Shown: positions 10,235-20,802, counted from the first letter of the stretch. The stretch is 64,000 bases of DNA from Firmicutes bacterium HGW-Firmicutes-11 (GCA_002840285.1 PHAE01000004.1:7706-71705); one strand, 5' to 3'. Numbers and translations: made by a program. The notes: generated from the letters alone by a model not told the origin.

Positions 10235-10681
10235 ATGGAAATGATAGCGAGAACACTTGTCTTACAGAACGAACAAGAAACGGAAGCGTTGGGACGGCAG
10301 CTTGCTGAAGCCGCCAAGCCCGGTCAGGTGATTGCTTTGACCGGCGATCTCGGCGCAGGAAAAACAACATTGGCCCGGGCCATCGCGCGGGCCATTGGTA
10401 TTTGCGGACCGGTCACCAGCCCGACATTCACCATTTTGCAGGAATACGATGAGGGGCGCTTGCCCCTCTATCACTTTGATGTGTACCGGATCGACGACCC
10501 TTCGGAAATGGATGAATTGGGTTACGACGAATACTTTTACGGAGAAGGTCTTTGTATCGTGGAGTGGGCGGACAAGATCGACGACCTCCTTCCCCCGTCG
10601 ACGATACGCATCCATATCCGCTACGGGACAGAAGAAGATCAACGAATCTGTGAGATATCTCAGAGAATGGAGTCGAAATGA
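10235..10681 (+). CDS. tsaE: tRNA t6A37 biosynthesis ATPase TsaE
   Basis: 148 aa with Walker A GDLGAGKTT in the typical YjeE context. First gene of a tsaE-tsaB-rimI-tsaD cluster. Confidence 0.9.
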   Translation: MEMIARTLVLQNEQETEALGRQLAEAAKPGQVIALTGDLGAGKTTLARAIARAIGICGPVTSPTFTILQEYDEGRLPLYHFDVYRIDDPSEMDELGYDEYFYGEGLCIVEWADKIDDLLPPSTIRIHIRYGTEEDQRICEISQRMESK

Positions 10682-11430
10682 AGCTGCTTGCGATCGAGAC
10701 CACCGGACCATTGGCGTCGGTGGCATTTCTCACAGAAGATGGCTCCTTGCGGGAAAAGAAATCTGAACAGAAGCTGTCTCATCTCCAGCACCTCATACCG
10801 ATGATCGGAGCACTTCTGTCGGACCGCGGATCGGATATCAATGATGTGACACACATAGCAGTTTCCGAGGGTCCCGGTTCCTTCACCGGCATCCGGATCG
10901 GTATGGCAACGGCAAAAGCGTTGGCACAGATCATAAGAGTGCCGGTCGTACCGGTTCCAACGCTCAAGGCGATGGCGCGAAACAGCAGCGATCGACCGGG
11001 GATCCACTGCCCGATCCTGGACGCCAGACGCAATCAGATCTATGCCGGAGCGTTTCTTTGCGGAAATGGATCACCGGTTCGATTACTCGATGACAAAGCG
11101 TATGAGATCGAGGAATTCGCGGATGCGGTGAACCGCATCCGGATCGATGGCAACAAAACGATAGTACTGCTCGGGGATGCCATCCCGGTATATGGCGAAG
11201 TTTTGTCAGGACTGCTCCGGGGCGTTATCGTGGAGCAAAAGGTGATACTCGCGGAAGAAGCGGATCGTCATCAGCGCGCCAGTTCCGTTGCGCTGGAAGC
11301 GGTAGAGATGATTGCAAACGGACAGATGACCGACTACCTTGCAGTACGGCCGGTCTATTTGAGAAAAGCAGAAGCCCAGCGCAAACTGGAAGAACGACTC
11401 TCGTCAGAAGGCGTAAGCGAAACGAAATGA
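10678..11430 (+). CDS. tsaB: tRNA t6A37 biosynthesis protein TsaB
   Basis: YeaZ-like pattern (LAIETT..., VSEGPGSFTGIRIG). Its start overlaps the tsaE stop. Confidence 0.9.
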   Translation: MKLLAIETTGPLASVAFLTEDGSLREKKSEQKLSHLQHLIPMIGALLSDRGSDINDVTHIAVSEGPGSFTGIRIGMATAKALAQIIRVPVVPVPTLKAMARNSSDRPGIHCPILDARRNQIYAGAFLCGNGSPVRLLDDKAYEIEEFADAVNRIRIDGNKTIVLLGDAIPVYGEVLSGLLRGVIVEQKVILAEEADRHQRASSVALEAVEMIANGQMTDYLAVRPVYLRKAEAQRKLEERLSSEGVSETK

Positions 11431-11870
11431 ATGGATACCGGATACGAACCGCGGAAGAGAGGGATATCGACCGACTGACCGAACTGGACGCATTGTGTTT
11501 TAGCATGCCCTGGAGCAGGGAGGCCTTTCACCAAGAACTCTGCGAAAACCCGCTAGCGTTTTATATGGTGCTCGAAAGCGAGGACAACGTGATTGGTTAT
11601 GCCGGACTTTGGATGATCCTTTCGGAAGGCCACATCACAAATGTGGCGGTAGAACCTGCCATGAGACGCAAGGGATTGGCGGAACTGCTGCTGCGGGAAC
11701 TTTTCCAACAGGCAGGGGACAGGGGCATTCAAAGGTTCACTCTGGAAGTCCGTCCGTCCAACGTAGCAGCCAATGGTCTGTACGAGAAACTGGGGTTTGT
11801 CGTAATGGGCCGGCGGAAGCAGTACTATGAAGACAACGGTGAGGATGCCTTGATCCTCTGGAGAGGATAA
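11427..11870 (+). CDS. rimI: ribosomal-protein-alanine N-acetyltransferase RimI (GNAT)
   Basis: 147-aa GNAT fold (RRKGLAELLL, acetyl-CoA binding motif) in the conserved position between tsaB and tsaD. Confidence 0.85.
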   Translation: MNGYRIRTAEERDIDRLTELDALCFSMPWSREAFHQELCENPLAFYMVLESEDNVIGYAGLWMILSEGHITNVAVEPAMRRKGLAELLLRELFQQAGDRGIQRFTLEVRPSNVAANGLYEKLGFVVMGRRKQYYEDNGEDALILWRG

Positions 11871-11876
11871 GAATCA

Positions 11877-12896
11877 ATGAAGGACGGAAAGCATATAACG
11901 CTGGCGATCGAAACCAGCTGTGATGAAACCTCAGTTGCCCTGATGGGCGACGGGCGAGAGATCCTTTCCAATGTGATCTCTTCCCAAATCAAAATCCATC
12001 AAGTCTTCGGTGGTGTCGTGCCGGAGATCGCATCTCGTCATCATCTCGACAACATCAATCCGGTCCTGGATCAAGCACTTGCGCGATCCGGGTGCAAGTT
12101 GGAGGACGTGGATCTTTATGGCGTCACCATCGGGCCTGGCTTGGTAGGAGCGTTGTTGATCGGTCTGGCAACCGCGAAAGCTTATGCCTTCGCCACAGAA
12201 AAACCACTCATCGGCGTCAATCACATGCAAGGACACATCAGCGCAAACTATATCGAAAATAAAGAACTGACGCCTCCATTTTTATCGCTCGTTGTATCCG
12301 GCGGACACACCGAACTCATCGACGTCAAGGGGTATAATGAGTTTGAGATCCTTGGAAGAACAAGAGACGATGCGGCAGGGGAGGCCTTTGACAAGGTGGC
12401 GAGAGTCCTGGGACTCGGGTATCCCGGCGGCCCCATGATCGACAAGTCGTCAAAGGAAGGGAATCCTTCCGGCATCGAGTTCAAACGGGTGATGCTGGAA
12501 CGGGACAGTCTTGATTTCAGTTTCAGCGGTCTTAAGACCGGCGTGCTGAATTACCTCAATACAGAAAAGCTGAAAGGCCAAGCAATCAATGTGGAGGATG
12601 TCGCAGCATCCTTTCAGCAGGCAGTGGTTGAAGTGCTGGTGACCAAGGCGATGATGGCGTCGGAACAGACCGGCAGAGACAAACTCGCTCTTGCCGGTGG
12701 TGTCGCCGCAAACAGTCTACTTCGCAAACTGTTGAAAGAAGCCTGTGACAAAGCTGGAATAACCCTTTACTGTCCTTCGATCGAGCTCTGCACCGACAAT
12801 GCGGCGATGATCGGATGCGCTGCTTATTATCGCTATCTGTACGGGCAGGTCGATGGATTGGACCTGGACGCCCATCCTTCACTGGAGCTTCTATAG
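11877..12896 (+). CDS. tsaD: tRNA N6-adenosine threonylcarbamoyltransferase TsaD
   Basis: 339 aa of the Kae1/Gcp family ([13 protein letters not shown] metal site, GGVAAN). Confidence 0.95.
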   Translation: MKDGKHITLAIETSCDETSVALMGDGREILSNVISSQIKIHQVFGGVVPEIASRHHLDNINPVLDQALARSGCKLEDVDLYGVTIGPGLVGALLIGLATAKAYAFATEKPLIGVNHMQGHISANYIENKELTPPFLSLVVSGGHTELIDVKGYNEFEILGRTRDDAAGEAFDKVARVLGLGYPGGPMIDKSSKEGNPSGIEFKRVMLERDSLDFSFSGLKTGVLNYLNTEKLKGQAINVEDVAASFQQAVVEVLVTKAMMASEQTGRDKLALAGGVAANSLLRKLLKEACDKAGITLYCPSIELCTDNAAMIGCAAYYRYLYGQVDGLDLDAHPSLELL

Positions 12897-12935
12897 AAAA
12901 AGGGCTGTCTCAAGATTTGAGACAGCCTTTTTTAT
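12897..12935. terminator. bidirectional intrinsic terminator between tsaD and acpP
   Basis: AAAA-GGCTGTCTC-AAGATTT-GAGACAGCC-TTTTTT: a 9-bp perfect stem with an A-tract upstream and a T-tract downstream, between convergent genes. Confidence 0.7.
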
Positions 12936-12961
12936 TTCATCTTGTTTCTTTTGGGTCCGGA

Positions 12962-13195
12962 TCAGTCAGCGGCATGCTCTTCGACGTACTTAACAATGTC
13001 GCCGATGAGCTGGAATTTTTCCGCATCATCGTCAGGGATCTCGATATCAAACTCGTCCTCGATTGCCATAATGATCTCAACTGCATCCAGAGAGTCGGCT
13101 TCCAGATCCTTCATCAGGTGGGTACCAAGTGTGATGGCATCTTCTTCCACTCCGAGTTGTTCGACGATGAGTTCTCTGATCTTCTCAAATACCAT
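12962..13195 (-). CDS. acpP: acyl carrier protein
   Basis: 77-aa acidic protein with the phosphopantetheine attachment motif LEADSLDAVE. Not next to any fab genes. Confidence 0.85.
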   Translation of the reverse strand: MVFEKIRELIVEQLGVEEDAITLGTHLMKDLEADSLDAVEIIMAIEDEFDIEIPDDDAEKFQLIGDIVKYVEEHAAD

Positions 13196-13302
13196 AGTTT
13201 ACCTCCATTTTGTTTAACGGGTGGGATCCCGCTATGCTCTTGTGCTGAAGTCAAACCCATTATAAGGTAAGGGTTACGATACTGCAACAACATTTTAAAA
13301 AA

Positions 13303-15276
13303 TTATTGAAGAGCGATCCAACGCTCGTAATTGGAGTCAAGAGACCGTTTCACAGCTTCGATTTTTTCTGCCAAACGTGTCAGTTCTGCCGGGTCGGTTG
13401 CGATTTCCTCCTTGCAAAGACTGTCTTCCAGAGAGACAAGGGATTCTTCTAGAGTTCGTATCTCTTCTTCTAGTGCGATCAATTCCTTTTCCTGTCTGCG
13501 TCGGTCTGCCTCTGCCGCCTTAGCCAGCCGGCGATCTTCCTGCTTTTGCTCCTTCGACATCGCCACAGCGGGATCCGACGACGATCCGGAAATTGCTGTC
13601 ACGGACTTTGAAAGATCGGCAAGGTGGGTCTTCCCGGAGGATATCGACATCTTTTTCTCCATGTAATAGTCGTATCCACCCAGGTAACTTTCGATGCCGT
13701 CTGCAGATAGTTCGATGATCTTCGAGGGGATCTTGTTCAGCAGATAGCGGTCGTGAGAAACGATCAACAGGGTTCCCTGATAGGAAAGTAGGGCATCCTC
13801 GAACACTTCCTTGGACCGTATATCCAAGTGATTTGTAGGCTCATCCATCACGAGAACATTGGCACCTGACAACATCAATTTCAATAACGAAAGTCTGGCC
13901 TTCTCGCCACCGGACAACATAGAGATCTGCTTGAACACATCGTCATTTCGAAAGAGAAAACGACCAAGAATTCCACGAAGTTCACCTTCCGTATAAAGGC
14001 GGTGAGCTTCCCACAGTTCGTCGATGACAGTGCGGTTCTCAGTCAAAAGCTGTTGCTCCTGGTCATAGTACCCGAACACGACATTGTGGCCGATACGGAC
14101 CATTCCGGTGTCGGGATCGGCTTGCCCAAGCAGGATGCGCAAAAGTGTTGTTTTTCCGATACCGTTTTGGCCGACCATGCAGATCCGTTCCCCCCGCTTG
14201 ATGTCCAGAGCGACATTCCGAAACAGCACCCGCGTTCCATCGCTTCCGAAGAAGGATTTGGATAGGCCGGAACAGGAAAGGACATCGGTGCCGCTTTTGT
14301 AACGCTCTTTGAAAACCAGTTTCATCGGTCCACCGCGGCCTTCCGGACGGTCCAACTGCACGATGTGATCAAGACGCTTTTCTCTGGAACGCGCCCTCTT
14401 TGCAAGTTTTTCCGTTCCGTGCTGTCGAAATCGCCGAATCATTTCCTCCTGGCGCTTGATTTCCCTCTGCTGATTTTCGTAACTTCGGAGCATGGATTCT
14501 TCTCTTTGTCGTTTTTTCTCTGCATAAATAGAATAGTTTCCTTCATATACGGTCAACTGCCGGTGTTCGATCTCAAAGATACGAGTTACGATCTGATCCA
14601 AGAAATAGCGGTCGTGGGAAACGACGGCAACGGTGCCGTTGTAAGTGGCAAGAAAGGATTCCAGCCACTTCAGCGTTCCGATGTCAAGATGGTTGGTCGG
14701 TTCGTCCAAAAGGAGCAGATCCGGTTTTTGTAGCAGTAAGGAAGCGAGGGCGAGCCGTGTGCGTTCCCCGCCGGAGAGGGTGTCGATCCGCTTTTCGTAA
14801 TACTCTTTGGGGAAAGCCATGCTGGAAAGAATCCCATCGATCTCTCCCCGAAACCGATAGCCGCCTTTGGCCGCGAAAGCCTCCGACCGATCGTGATATG
14901 CGTGAAGCATTGATTCGACATCGTCGCCTGTGGCAGAGCGTAGAGCGATTTCCTGAGACAAAACGGCGAGCGCGGTTTCCTCTTCCAAAAGACTTGTAAA
15001 AAGAGAGAGCATTTCCTCATAGACGGTGCTTCGTGATTGAAAATTGTCACGCTGGCGAAGGTATCCGATCGTGATTCCAGAGGCAAAAAACACATCGCCA
15101 TCGTCCGCCGGCGATTCTCCGGCCAGAATAGACAAGAGAGTCGTCTTTCCTGCTCCGTTGTCGCCAACGATTCCGATCCGATCTCCCTTTTCAACGTGAA
15201 ATGACACCCCCTTCAGGATCTGATCGATCCCGAAGGATTTGTTGATTTCGCTTGCAGTAAGAATGACCATAAGCAC
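13303..15276 (-). CDS. ABC-F family ATPase (two ABC domains, no TM domain; YdiF/Uup-like translation factor type)
   Basis: 657 aa. Two Walker A sites (GDNGAGKTT, GQNGIGKTT), two LSGGE signatures, a charged inter-domain linker and a C-terminal coiled-coil tail. Confidence 0.9.
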   Translation of the reverse strand: MLMVILTASEINKSFGIDQILKGVSFHVEKGDRIGIVGDNGAGKTTLLSILAGESPADDGDVFFASGITIGYLRQRDNFQSRSTVYEEMLSLFTSLLEEETALAVLSQEIALRSATGDDVESMLHAYHDRSEAFAAKGGYRFRGEIDGILSSMAFPKEYYEKRIDTLSGGERTRLALASLLLQKPDLLLLDEPTNHLDIGTLKWLESFLATYNGTVAVVSHDRYFLDQIVTRIFEIEHRQLTVYEGNYSIYAEKKRQREESMLRSYENQQREIKRQEEMIRRFRQHGTEKLAKRARSREKRLDHIVQLDRPEGRGGPMKLVFKERYKSGTDVLSCSGLSKSFFGSDGTRVLFRNVALDIKRGERICMVGQNGIGKTTLLRILLGQADPDTGMVRIGHNVVFGYYDQEQQLLTENRTVIDELWEAHRLYTEGELRGILGRFLFRNDDVFKQISMLSGGEKARLSLLKLMLSGANVLVMDEPTNHLDIRSKEVFEDALLSYQGTLLIVSHDRYLLNKIPSKIIELSADGIESYLGGYDYYMEKKMSISSGKTHLADLSKSVTAISGSSSDPAVAMSKEQKQEDRRLAKAAEADRRRQEKELIALEEEIRTLEESLVSLEDSLCKEEIATDPAELTRLAEKIEAVKRSLDSNYERWIALQ

Positions 15277-15340
15277 TCCCGTGATGAAAATAGTGTTCCC
15301 TGGTAATGAAGGAACCGGTTACAGCATATCATATTTTTTA

Positions 15341-15369
15341 TTGTAATTACAAATTTATGGTGTTATAAT
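15341..15369 (+). promoter_or_regulatory. sigma-A-type promoter upstream of rex
   Basis: TTGTAA (15341-15346), 17-bp spacer, TATAAT (15364-15369) preceded by TGT. The -35 lies inside the palindrome TTGTAATTACAA. Confidence 0.5.
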
Positions 15370-15411
15370 GAAATGTAAATTTCGCTTGAAATTAAAATTG
15401 AAATAGAAAGA

Positions 15412-16071
15412 GTGGTCATGGGAATGAAGGCAAACGGAAAAATTTCGACTGCTGTGATTCGGAGACTCCCCAAATATCGAAGAATCCTGCAAGAACTGAT
15501 GGTCAAGGGTGTTGAGAGAATTTCTTCGAATGAGTTGTCGGCGTTAACGGGATTCACTGCCTCGCAGATCCGTCAGGATCTCAACAACTTCGGAGGATTC
15601 GGCCAGCAGGGATACGGATACAACGTCGAAGGACTTCACGGACAGATCGGCAATATTTTGGGTTTGGATCGGGAATACCGCATGGCGATCGTTGGGTGCG
15701 GAAATTTGGGACAAGCAATCGCAAATTATGCGACCTATTATAAAACAGGTTTTGTCGTCACCAGCATGTTTGATGTGAATCCGAAGCTGATCGGTATCAG
15801 CATCAACGGCATTGAGGTTCAGGATTACAGCGAGATGCAGTCTTGCCTTGAGAAGAACCCGGTCGACATCGGCATCATCTGCACCACCAAGGGCAGTGCT
15901 CAGGATGTTGCAGACAAACTCTGCAACGGTAATGTCAAGGGGATCTGGAATTTTGCTCCTACCGACATCAATGTCTGCGAAGGAATGGTATTGGAAAACG
16001 TACATTTGAGCGACAGTCTGAATACGTTGGCTTACTTCATCAGCCACAACGATCCGAGAAACGAAGCATAA
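15412..16071 (+). CDS. rex: redox-sensing transcriptional repressor Rex
   Basis: Typical N-terminus (RLPKYRRIL), winged helix, and Rossmann NADH-binding motif IVGCGNLG. The start may be ATG 15418 or 15424 rather than GTG 15412. Confidence 0.9.
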   Translation: MVMGMKANGKISTAVIRRLPKYRRILQELMVKGVERISSNELSALTGFTASQIRQDLNNFGGFGQQGYGYNVEGLHGQIGNILGLDREYRMAIVGCGNLGQAIANYATYYKTGFVVTSMFDVNPKLIGISINGIEVQDYSEMQSCLEKNPVDIGIICTTKGSAQDVADKLCNGNVKGIWNFAPTDINVCEGMVLENVHLSDSLNTLAYFISHNDPRNEA

Positions 16072-16109
16072 AGCTCCTGCACCGTTGCGGGTCATAACAC
16101 AATAGATAA

Positions 16110-16145
16110 GAAAACCGTTTCCAAAGAAACGGTTATTCTTTCACC
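16110..16145. terminator. bidirectional intrinsic terminator between rex and the ferredoxin gene
   Basis: AAAACCGTTTC-CAAA-GAAACGGTT-ATTCTTT: a 9-bp stem flanked by A-rich sequence on one side and T-rich on the other, between convergent genes. Confidence 0.65.
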
Positions 16146-16214
16146 TTTTTCACGAACCTTCCGGCAAATGGCCGGCTTGTGCGACTCGAAGTCGCGACCC
16201 GAAAGAAAATATCT

Positions 16215-16385
16215 CTAAAGGGGGTTCGGAGCGTCAACAGGGCAGACGTCAGCGCAAGCGCCGCAGTCGATGCATTTGTCGGCATCGATGATGTAGATGG
16301 GATCACCTTCAGCGATCGCCTCAGTCGGGCATTCCGGCGAGCAAGCGCCGCAAGCGATGCAGTCATCGTTGATTACATAAGCCAT
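16215..16385 (-). CDS. clostridial-type 2x[4Fe-4S] ferredoxin (56 aa)
   Basis: Hand translation of the minus strand gives MAYVINDDCIACGACSPECPTEAIAEGDPIYIIDADKCIDCGACADVCPVDAPNPL*. Two CxxCxxCxxxCP motifs, with AAGGAGG 10 nt upstream of the ATG. Below the 60-aa cutoff of the ORF track. Confidence 0.85.
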   Translation of the reverse strand: MAYVINDDCIACGACSPECPTEAIAEGDPIYIIDADKCIDCGACADVCPVDAPNPL

Positions 16386-16444
16386 GATATGAATTCCTCC
16401 TTACATAAGATAGTTTCAATCTATCGCAAACTTTAGCATTTTTC

Positions 16445-16473
16445 ATTATAGCAGAAGACTTGACGTCAGACAA
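16445..16473 (-). promoter_or_regulatory. candidate promoter for the ferredoxin gene
   Basis: On the minus strand: TTGTCT, 17-bp spacer, TGcTATAAT (extended -10). Confidence 0.35.
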
Positions 16474-16500
16474 TATGAAAAAAGGAAACAGGTGGTATTT

Positions 16501-17304
16501 ATGAAGGTCTACGGGTTTTACGGAAAGAGTGGTACCGGAAAAAGCTTTCATGCCATCAACCTATGCAAAGAACTTGATGTAGAAGCCATCATCGACGACG
16601 GTTTGTTCATCTATGGCAATCGCGTTGTGGCAGGCATCTCGGCAAAGCGTCAGCAAACTAAAATCAAAGCCATCAAAACCGCTCTTTTCACCGATGATGA
16701 GCACCGTGATGAAGTCAAAGCAAAGATCGAAGAGCTGGATCTGCCGGGGATCCTGATTCTGGGTACTTCAAAAGACATGGTGGAAAAAATCGTCGCCCGG
16801 TTGGAGCTTCCGGCAATTCACCGTTTGATCCCTATCGAAGATGTGACCACTGAAAGTCAGAGGGAAGCGGCAAAAAAACAGCGCAAGGAATTGGGAAAAC
16901 ACGTGATCCCGGCGCCCACCTTCCAGATCAAACGGCAATTTTCAGGCTATTTCCTGGATCCATTGCGCATGTTCCGCAATCTCGGGGGCAAGCCGACGTA
17001 TGCGGAGAAGACCGTTGTCCGCCCCACATACAGTTATTTGGGAGACTACGATCTTTCCGACAAGGTGATCACAGACATCACGAGCTATCTGGGTTCGAGA
17101 GCCAGCGGCATTTATGCGGTACTTCGTGTGCTGACTGAGAGCAGCCCGGAAGGAGTGGTGATCCGTGTGCTGGTGGTCATGACCTACGGGGCCAGGATCA
17201 TCGAAGCTGCAAAAGAGTTTCAGCGTCAGATCTTTGAACAAGTGGAATCGATGACAGCGTTTCACATCATCAGGGTCGATATCGATGTCAGGGGAATGAA
17301 ATAA
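16501..17304 (+). CDS. P-loop domain / Asp23 (alkaline shock protein) domain fusion protein, function unknown
   Basis: ATG 16501 preceded by AGGTGG. N-terminal Walker A YGKSGTGKS followed by ...IIDDGLFIY. The C-terminal roughly 110 aa resemble the Asp23/Gls24 family (ITDITSYLG...VIRVLVVMTYGARI...). Confidence 0.6.
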   Translation: MKVYGFYGKSGTGKSFHAINLCKELDVEAIIDDGLFIYGNRVVAGISAKRQQTKIKAIKTALFTDDEHRDEVKAKIEELDLPGILILGTSKDMVEKIVARLELPAIHRLIPIEDVTTESQREAAKKQRKELGKHVIPAPTFQIKRQFSGYFLDPLRMFRNLGGKPTYAEKTVVRPTYSYLGDYDLSDKVITDITSYLGSRASGIYAVLRVLTESSPEGVVIRVLVVMTYGARIIEAAKEFQRQIFEQVESMTAFHIIRVDIDVRGMK

Positions 17305-17311
17305 AGAAGGA

Positions 17312-18013
17312 ATGGTGCCGGATATGCTAGGTCCAGTCGTAAATGCGGTAACGATCGTGGTCTGCGCCCTCTTGGGGCGCTTCGTTCTAAAGGGGTTGCC
17401 GGAACGATATGAAGAAATCATAAAAAAGGGGATCGGCCTTTCCATCGTCTATATCGGGATTGCCGGCGCCATGGAAAACCAAAGAGTCATGGTTCTTATC
17501 CTTTCGATGGTGGCCGGGTGTGTCCTTGGAGAAATGATCGATCTCGACAAGGGGATGAATCAGTTAGGACAATGGGCAGAGAAGAAACTCGGGTTTTCTG
17601 ATGGTAATTTTTCCAAAGGGTTCGTCAATGCCAGCATACTGTTTTGCACCGGCTCGATGGCCATTGTCGGATCCATGAACAGCGGTCTTATGGGCAATCA
17701 TGAAATGCTCTTTGCGAAATCGATCTTGGACGGTGTCATTGCCATCGTTTTTGCGTCGGCGCTGGGTCTGGGAGTTGCGTTCTCTGCGATCCCGGTCCTG
17801 GTGTACCAGGGAGCGATCGCGTTGGGAGCCGGGCTTGTCAAGGAATGGATGACACCGGAGATCATCACCGAGATGTCTGCCGTTGGGAGCCTGTTGATCG
17901 CAGCAATCGGGTTCAACTTTTTACTGGTGAAGCAAATCAAAGTAGCCAATATGATTCCTGCTATTTTCCTCCCATGGCTGATACTGGCGGTGGAAGGTTG
18001 GCTGGGTTTCTAA
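17312..18013 (+). CDS. DUF554 family membrane protein (YdfK/YqgA-like)
   Basis: Polytopic membrane protein with the typical N-terminus MLGPVVNAVTIVVCALLG. The true start is probably ATG 17324. Confidence 0.75.
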   Translation: MVPDMLGPVVNAVTIVVCALLGRFVLKGLPERYEEIIKKGIGLSIVYIGIAGAMENQRVMVLILSMVAGCVLGEMIDLDKGMNQLGQWAEKKLGFSDGNFSKGFVNASILFCTGSMAIVGSMNSGLMGNHEMLFAKSILDGVIAIVFASALGLGVAFSAIPVLVYQGAIALGAGLVKEWMTPEIITEMSAVGSLLIAAIGFNFLLVKQIKVANMIPAIFLPWLILAVEGWLGF

Positions 18014-18040
18014 ACTTAGATTTATAGGAGGTATAAGATC

Positions 18041-18595
18041 ATGATCAAAAACGGACTGGATGTAGAACACTCAGGAATCCAACAAGTCGCTGAGCTTATG
18101 GCGGTTGCGGCCAGGACTGCGCCCAAAGGATGCGGCATCGACAATCTGGAAGTGCGGTTGGTGGATGGACAAGAAAAAGTTGCGTTGGGCGAGGAAATGC
18201 GGCGGATCGGCCGGGACACCGGTGTGGATTTCTTTATCAGGGATGGATACAACGTAGACCGCGCTACAATCGTGCTTCTGCTGGGAGCAAGAATCAGCCC
18301 GATTTTTTGTCCGAACTGCGGTTACTGCGGCTACGAAGATTGCGAAGAGAATATCAAAAACGAAGGTATATGCATGTTCAATATAACGGATCTGGGGATC
18401 GCATTAGGGTCTGCCGTTTCCGTTGCATCCGCGCATAAAGTGGACAATCGCATTTTGTTTTCCGCAGGAAAAGCAGCAATCAATTTGGGCTGCTTCCCGG
18501 AGACGGCGACAGTCGTTTACGGCATACCCCTTTCTGTTTCCTCCAAGAGTCCGTTTTTCGACAGAGAAAGCAGCACCGGCGAGGGAGAAGCGTAA
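18041..18595 (+). CDS. DUF2148 domain protein (ferredoxin-domain-containing, Cys-rich)
   Basis: 184 aa. AARTAPKG motif and a CPNCGYCGYEDCEEN cysteine cluster characteristic of this family. Confidence 0.75.
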   Translation: MIKNGLDVEHSGIQQVAELMAVAARTAPKGCGIDNLEVRLVDGQEKVALGEEMRRIGRDTGVDFFIRDGYNVDRATIVLLLGARISPIFCPNCGYCGYEDCEENIKNEGICMFNITDLGIALGSAVSVASAHKVDNRILFSAGKAAINLGCFPETATVVYGIPLSVSSKSPFFDRESSTGEGEA

Positions 18596-18615
18596 CAGGT
18601 GCATAAAATACAGTC

Positions 18616-18646
18616 GAACGGCTCCTCGAAAGGGGCCGTTTTTTTG
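18616..18646 (+). terminator. intrinsic terminator
   Basis: AACGGCTCC-TCGAAA-GGGGCCGTT followed by TTTTTT. Confidence 0.6.
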
Positions 18647-18666
18647 CGAAAAAATAGGAAAAGCTA

Positions 18667-18695
18667 TTGACAAAAAAGGCCCACTGTATTAAATT
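18667..18695 (+). promoter_or_regulatory. sigma-A-type promoter of groES-groEL
   Basis: Perfect -35 TTGACA (18667-18672). AT-rich -10 region TGTATTAAATT lies 14-17 bp downstream; the exact hexamer is ambiguous. Confidence 0.5.
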
Positions 18696-18699
18696 GATG

Positions 18700-18726
18700 T
18701 TAGCACTCACCATTATTGAGTGCTAA
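18700..18726. promoter_or_regulatory. CIRCE operator (HrcA binding site)
   Basis: TTAGCACTC-ACCATTATT-GAGTGCTAA: a perfect match to the 9-N9-9 CIRCE inverted repeat, just downstream of the promoter and upstream of groES. Confidence 0.9.
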
Positions 18727-18777
18727 CAATGTGAATAAAAAAATGACATAAGCAAAAGAAAGAAGGGAGATCAAAGA

Positions 18778-19059
18778 ATGAACATCAAACCACTTGGAGA
18801 CAGAGTCGTCATCAAACGTTTGGAAGCGGAGGAAAAGACGAAGAGCGGTATCGTTCTACCGGGCCAGGCGAAGGAACAGCCACAAATGGCAGAAGTGATG
18901 GCAGTCGGTCCCGGCGGCATGGTCGACGGCAAACAGGTCGATATGGAAGTGAAGGTTGGCGACATCGTCATCTTCTCAAAGTATGCCGGCACAGAGATCA
19001 AATATGACGGCGAGGAATACACGATCCTCTCCCAGCGTGACATATTGGCAGTCGTATAA
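18778..19059 (+). CDS. groES: co-chaperonin GroES
   Basis: 93 aa; [13 protein letters not shown]...GIVLP is classic Cpn10. Confidence 0.97.
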   Translation: MNIKPLGDRVVIKRLEAEEKTKSGIVLPGQAKEQPQMAEVMAVGPGGMVDGKQVDMEVKVGDIVIFSKYAGTEIKYDGEEYTILSQRDILAVV

Positions 19060-19105
19060 TTCCGATCGTTACAAATACTAAAACTAAAAGAACATGAAAG
19101 GATGA

Positions 19106-20737
<1,632 letters not shown>

Positions 20738-20770
20738 TCCACCAAAAAGTACCAATAACCAACTACTCAA

Positions 20771-20802
20771 AAAAGCCGGGGAAACCTCCCTTGGCTTTTT
20801 TG
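20771..20802 (+). terminator. intrinsic terminator after groEL
   Basis: AAAAGCCGGGG-AAACC-TCCCTTGGC hairpin (with G-U pairs) followed by TTTTTT. Confidence 0.5.

Noticed and set aside
12903-12927. Terminator stem GGCTGTCTC/GAGACAGCC as a fifth member of the GTTGTCT/AGACAAC family
   Set aside because: It shares only TGTCTC/GAGACA. The loop is 7 nt, not 24-25, and it has the A/T-tracts of an ordinary bidirectional terminator. The resemblance is probably coincidental.
16133-16366. 77-aa minus-strand ORF listed in the track
   Set aside because: Low-complexity translation in the wrong frame over the genuine 56-aa ferredoxin gene (16215-16385).
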